DNA from: Neodothiora populina
Taxonomy: Eukaryota
Length of the DNA: 64,000 nt
Assembly: GCF_041146345.1 (NCBI RefSeq)
Contig: NW_027191417.1
Span: 1,054,001-1,118,000 of the forward strand
Reading direction: 5' to 3'
The notes beneath the pieces were generated by a model. It was not told where the DNA came from. It saw nothing but the letters and a program-made list of their open reading frames with translations, and did not search any database. Of this stretch, positions 60,878 through 64,000 are shown in pieces (positions within the stretch are counted from its first letter, which is position 1; each line of letters starts with the position of its first letter). A program made the translations under genes and the position numbers.

Positions 60878-63294
60878 AAGGCGTCATGAAGCTGGGCTGA
60901 GGATGGTGATGTTGAGAAAATGGAGAAGCGTGGAGATACAGAGTGGGATGTTTGTTGCTACACTACTACTCGTGCCGCACACGATTCAGGAGATGTTTAC
61001 TGTTATTAATCCGCAGGGTCCAATCAGGTTTGGTTACGGAAAGACTACTGAAACGAAACATGAAGAAATGCACTCGTCTTCTCCTCTATTTTGGATGTAT
61101 AGAATAGACTGCATGTAATTGTTGTATCTTGACAAAGCACATGAGTCGAGGCAATTCTGCAGCACAGCGTTTGGTGTATTCGATGCGTTCTCACTCTTTG
61201 CATGACAGAAACAGGGCAGAATTAGGGATTCTAAGGCAAATCATGGCGGATCTGCTCCGAACAGCTTATGGCAGGCGGTCTTCGGTACGGCCCCGAGCTA
61301 CGGGACATAACCGAGAACGCTGTCAATGCCTGAACCTAAGGCAAGGCTCGACGCGATGCTACGGGCGGTGTGGGAATGAGGCAATTACTTCACTGTGCTA
61401 CAAGTACAGTACATGGTCTTGTAGCACATAAGCACGGCGGCGCGAGGGAGTTGCGGATCGTTTATCCGATGTGCTTGGACCAGAGCATCCAGCGACCTGT
61501 AACTGACAACAACTCTGACACAGACGGCACTGAACTAAAAGCGCGCTTCGAGACGGATGGAACTTTGAGACGGCGAATCGAAGACTGGGCGGACAACTGG
61601 AAATGTGTGCAGTTCCGCTGGCTGGGTGAGCAACACATTACCTGATGTCATCGTAATGTCTCGCAAAGCGATCGTTATTGTCAAGCATTATAATCGTTCG
61701 CTGATCGCTGGAACTCGGCTTGTTACAAGCAGATTAAAGCTGCAAATCGCGGCAATTCTTTCTTTCCATTATAGCTGAGTTCGGTTGCCGCGGCCTGAAT
61801 AGGTCTGGAGAATCTTCGTTCCTCTCGACAGAGTGATAACATATTAGTAAGGTGAGATATGCGTTGAGCCGGCGAGAGTTGTTGTGACCTGAGGAATCTT
61901 GAAGGAATGAATATCAAGGACGGAGCGAGGACTCGACGCAGCAGTCCCCAGCAAGATTTGTCGAGGGAACATGTTGACAGGAACACAGGTGAGTTGTCCC
62001 GTCCTGTTATCCTTATTTGGTATTGTATTGAGTGCCTTAATTAGGTGTGGTTTCGAGAATCGCAATCTGACTACATACTGTTCATCCAATACCGAATGAG
62101 CCAGTCCAGCAGTGGTACTGTATATAGAACGTAAATCTGCCTAGCTTCTTTGTGAGACTGCTAGCAAGGTAACCTTATACCTCTGCCAACATTGTCTTGC
62201 AACGACCCAGCGGAAAGCTCGACCTGCCTGATAGGGAATCAATCTTGTATAGTAGGTCACGCATCATTCTAATATATGCTATTTTGTTATACTACGATAG
62301 ATGGAAGCCTGTCTTATAGTACATCTCGAGGCTCTTCGGTGTGGGCAGCGGCAGGAGAAGCAGGAGACCTTCGATTAGGTATCTTCTGTACAGGAGGGTT
62401 GCATCGAGTACAAGTGGATCGACGGGGTGGATGCGACAAGAGCGTGCAAAGAACAAAGCGAAAGTTTGGTTGGCTCGTCAGGCCCGGGCTACGCCCCCCG
62501 TACAGCAGACGTGACTTTATCAGGCGAATTGGGCTCGTGCACACATGGGGTGGGGCGGTCTTCCCTCGTTTTTTATGGTTCTACCCTGTAACATGTGTAG
62601 GATAGCGCGTGGGTAGTAATCGGTAGTGGTCAAGGAACATCACGCATCAGTGCTGCATCAGTGCATCAGCGCATCCCTTTCTTCTCCCGACTCGCTAGCT
62701 CTGCACCATTTGGCCCTTTGCCTTTTGCCTTTTGCCATCTGCGCTTTCCCATGTCCATGCCCGAAGCTTGTCCTTGGACAGTGCAGCAGCGCAGAAGATA
62801 CTGCACAGTAGTGCGGAAAGGGAACAAGTAGCACACTTTTGCTACGGCATCACCAGAGAGCAGCCAACCCAGTCAAGCACCCCGTCAAGGGTGATTAAAG
62901 AGCAAAAAGCACTAAGCGCGCCAGACTAAGACGGCCACGGGAAACCTTGAAGACCCTCGCGCGCGCACCCACCAACGCCAATTCCCCCAGCATTGACTTT
63001 GAACAACCCATTTGTCTGAAAGTGCGTGTGCAGGTAGTGTGTCGTGTCGTGAGAAAGGGCGGGCAAGATTGCGTTTCATCCCATTTCCACTCATTTCAAC
63101 TGCGTCGCTGTGTGTCGTCTTCACCTGAGCGTAGTCAAAACAGAAAGACACTGGCAGAGACATATCGACGTCGACATCACCGCAAAGAGAAAGACTCGGG
63201 TCTTGGATTTCCAGCTTCTGTTTCTGTGGTCAGTCAGTCGGGTCCTTGGTCCTTGAAGTCGGTCGTCCAGACGTGCAACGACCAAGTGAGTCTC

Positions 63295-63329
63295 GGTAGA
63301 GGTAGAGGTAGAAGTAGAGGTAGAGGTAG
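63295..63329. repeat. (GGTAGA)n hexamer tandem repeat, about 6 copies, imperfect
   Basis: Read directly from the sequence, upstream of the CDC24-like ATG. Confidence 0.9.
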
Positions 63330-63400
63330 CCCCGCTCGCCGCCTTCTCTTAACACCGCTCCTGCTCTGCACCGCACCGTACCTTCCAAAAGGGCTCTGTA

Positions 63401-63456
63401 CTGCATTGCACCGCACCGCACCGCACCGCTCTGCACTGCACTGCACTTGCACTGCA
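63401..63456. repeat. (GCACC/GCACT)n pentamer tandem repeat, imperfect
   Basis: Read directly from the sequence. Confidence 0.85.
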
Positions 63457-63614
63457 TAAGCCTGCTTGCGCCTGTGCCTATGCTCACACCCGGTCCTGGC
63501 CCCGATCCCGATCTTGATTCTGATCTCGAACCTGGTTCTGATCTCGGTGCTGGCAGTGGTCGAGCGACGACGGCCGACGATACGACGACGACCACGACGA
63601 CAACCACGACGACG

Positions 63615-64000
63615 ATGCAGTTTGCCTCCCATGGGTCAATGTCGAGAGCCTACACCACGCCTCATCCTCAGTCACACCACGCGAAGATGCACACTTCCGC
63701 CTCAAAGCCTCCGTCTCTCGTTCAGTCCCAGGCCCACACCGGTTCTTCATACTCGATCCAGTCTGTTCCCTCGTCGAGGGACTCGGATACAACCCAAGGC
63801 ACCACCGCCTCCACTCTCTTCCCGCCCCCTCTCCCTACACCCACCTCGACCCCGGGTCCATCTTCCTCCTCCGCTCCCTCTTCGTCTGCTGGAGCGCCCA
63901 ACAATGGCGCTCCCATCGAACCCACCAAGAATGTCATGAACAAGGTTGCCGACAAGGAGACGTCGTTGTTTCAGATATGCATGACTCTGCGGCAGCGCTT
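63615..64000 (+). CDS. CDC24: Cdc24/Scd1 Rho-GEF, N-terminal part (runs off the window)
   Basis: Open frame from ATG at 63615 (MQFASHG...) to the window end, absent from the ORF track because it has no stop. Ends NVMNKVADKETSLFQICMTLRQRL, matching the segment before the CH domain in filamentous-fungal Cdc24. Confidence 0.8.
   Translation, partial: MQFASHGSMSRAYTTPHPQSHHAKMHTSASKPPSLVQSQAHTGSSYSIQSVPSSRDSDTTQGTTASTLFPPPLPTPTSTPGPSSSSAPSSSAGAPNNGAPIEPTKNVMNKVADKETSLFQICMTLRQR

Noticed and set aside
1..64000. CRISPR arrays, prokaryotic operons or defence systems, telomerase RNA template, rRNA
   Set aside because: Eukaryotic intron-containing genes occur throughout. No repeat-spacer array or rRNA-like sequence was seen, and no TAACCCTAA template was noticed by eye (not an exhaustive search).

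Overview
Gene-dense, intron-containing genomic DNA from a filamentous ascomycete (Pezizomycotina; finer taxonomy cannot be established from sequence alone). About 23 protein-coding genes can be reconstructed by joining ORF fragments across GT/GC...CTRAY...AG introns. In order: alpha-1,3-glucan synthase (5' truncated), mitoribosomal uS7m, a Stn1-like OB-fold protein, a Cys-rich surface protein, a SnoaL/NTF2-like protein, a Rib2-type deaminase, a DNAJC9-like co-chaperone, a Thr-rich secreted protein, LIS1/nudF head-to-head with XMAP215/Stu2, RNase T2, a GH43, the mitochondrial calcium uniporter, a peroxisomal 4CL-like ligase, a formin GBD-only protein, Apd1-like Fe-S protein, a second OB-fold protein, two hypotheticals, GPI18, a butanediol-dehydrogenase-like enzyme, a beta-carbonic anhydrase, an FWD-1-like F-box/WD40 protein and the start of CDC24. 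No transposon, tRNA, rRNA or secondary-metabolite cluster was found. The most unusual signals concern splicing. (i) 8 of about 43 hand-inferred introns need an AAG 3' splice site. (ii) A SnoaL-like gene has two in-frame donors that toggle a Trp-rich hydrophobic segment. (iii) The carbonic anhydrase has a mitochondrial-type leader that joins in frame only by splicing out an intron containing the alternative start codon. All exon structures are manual inferences without transcript data, and family assignments come from motif recognition, not database searches.
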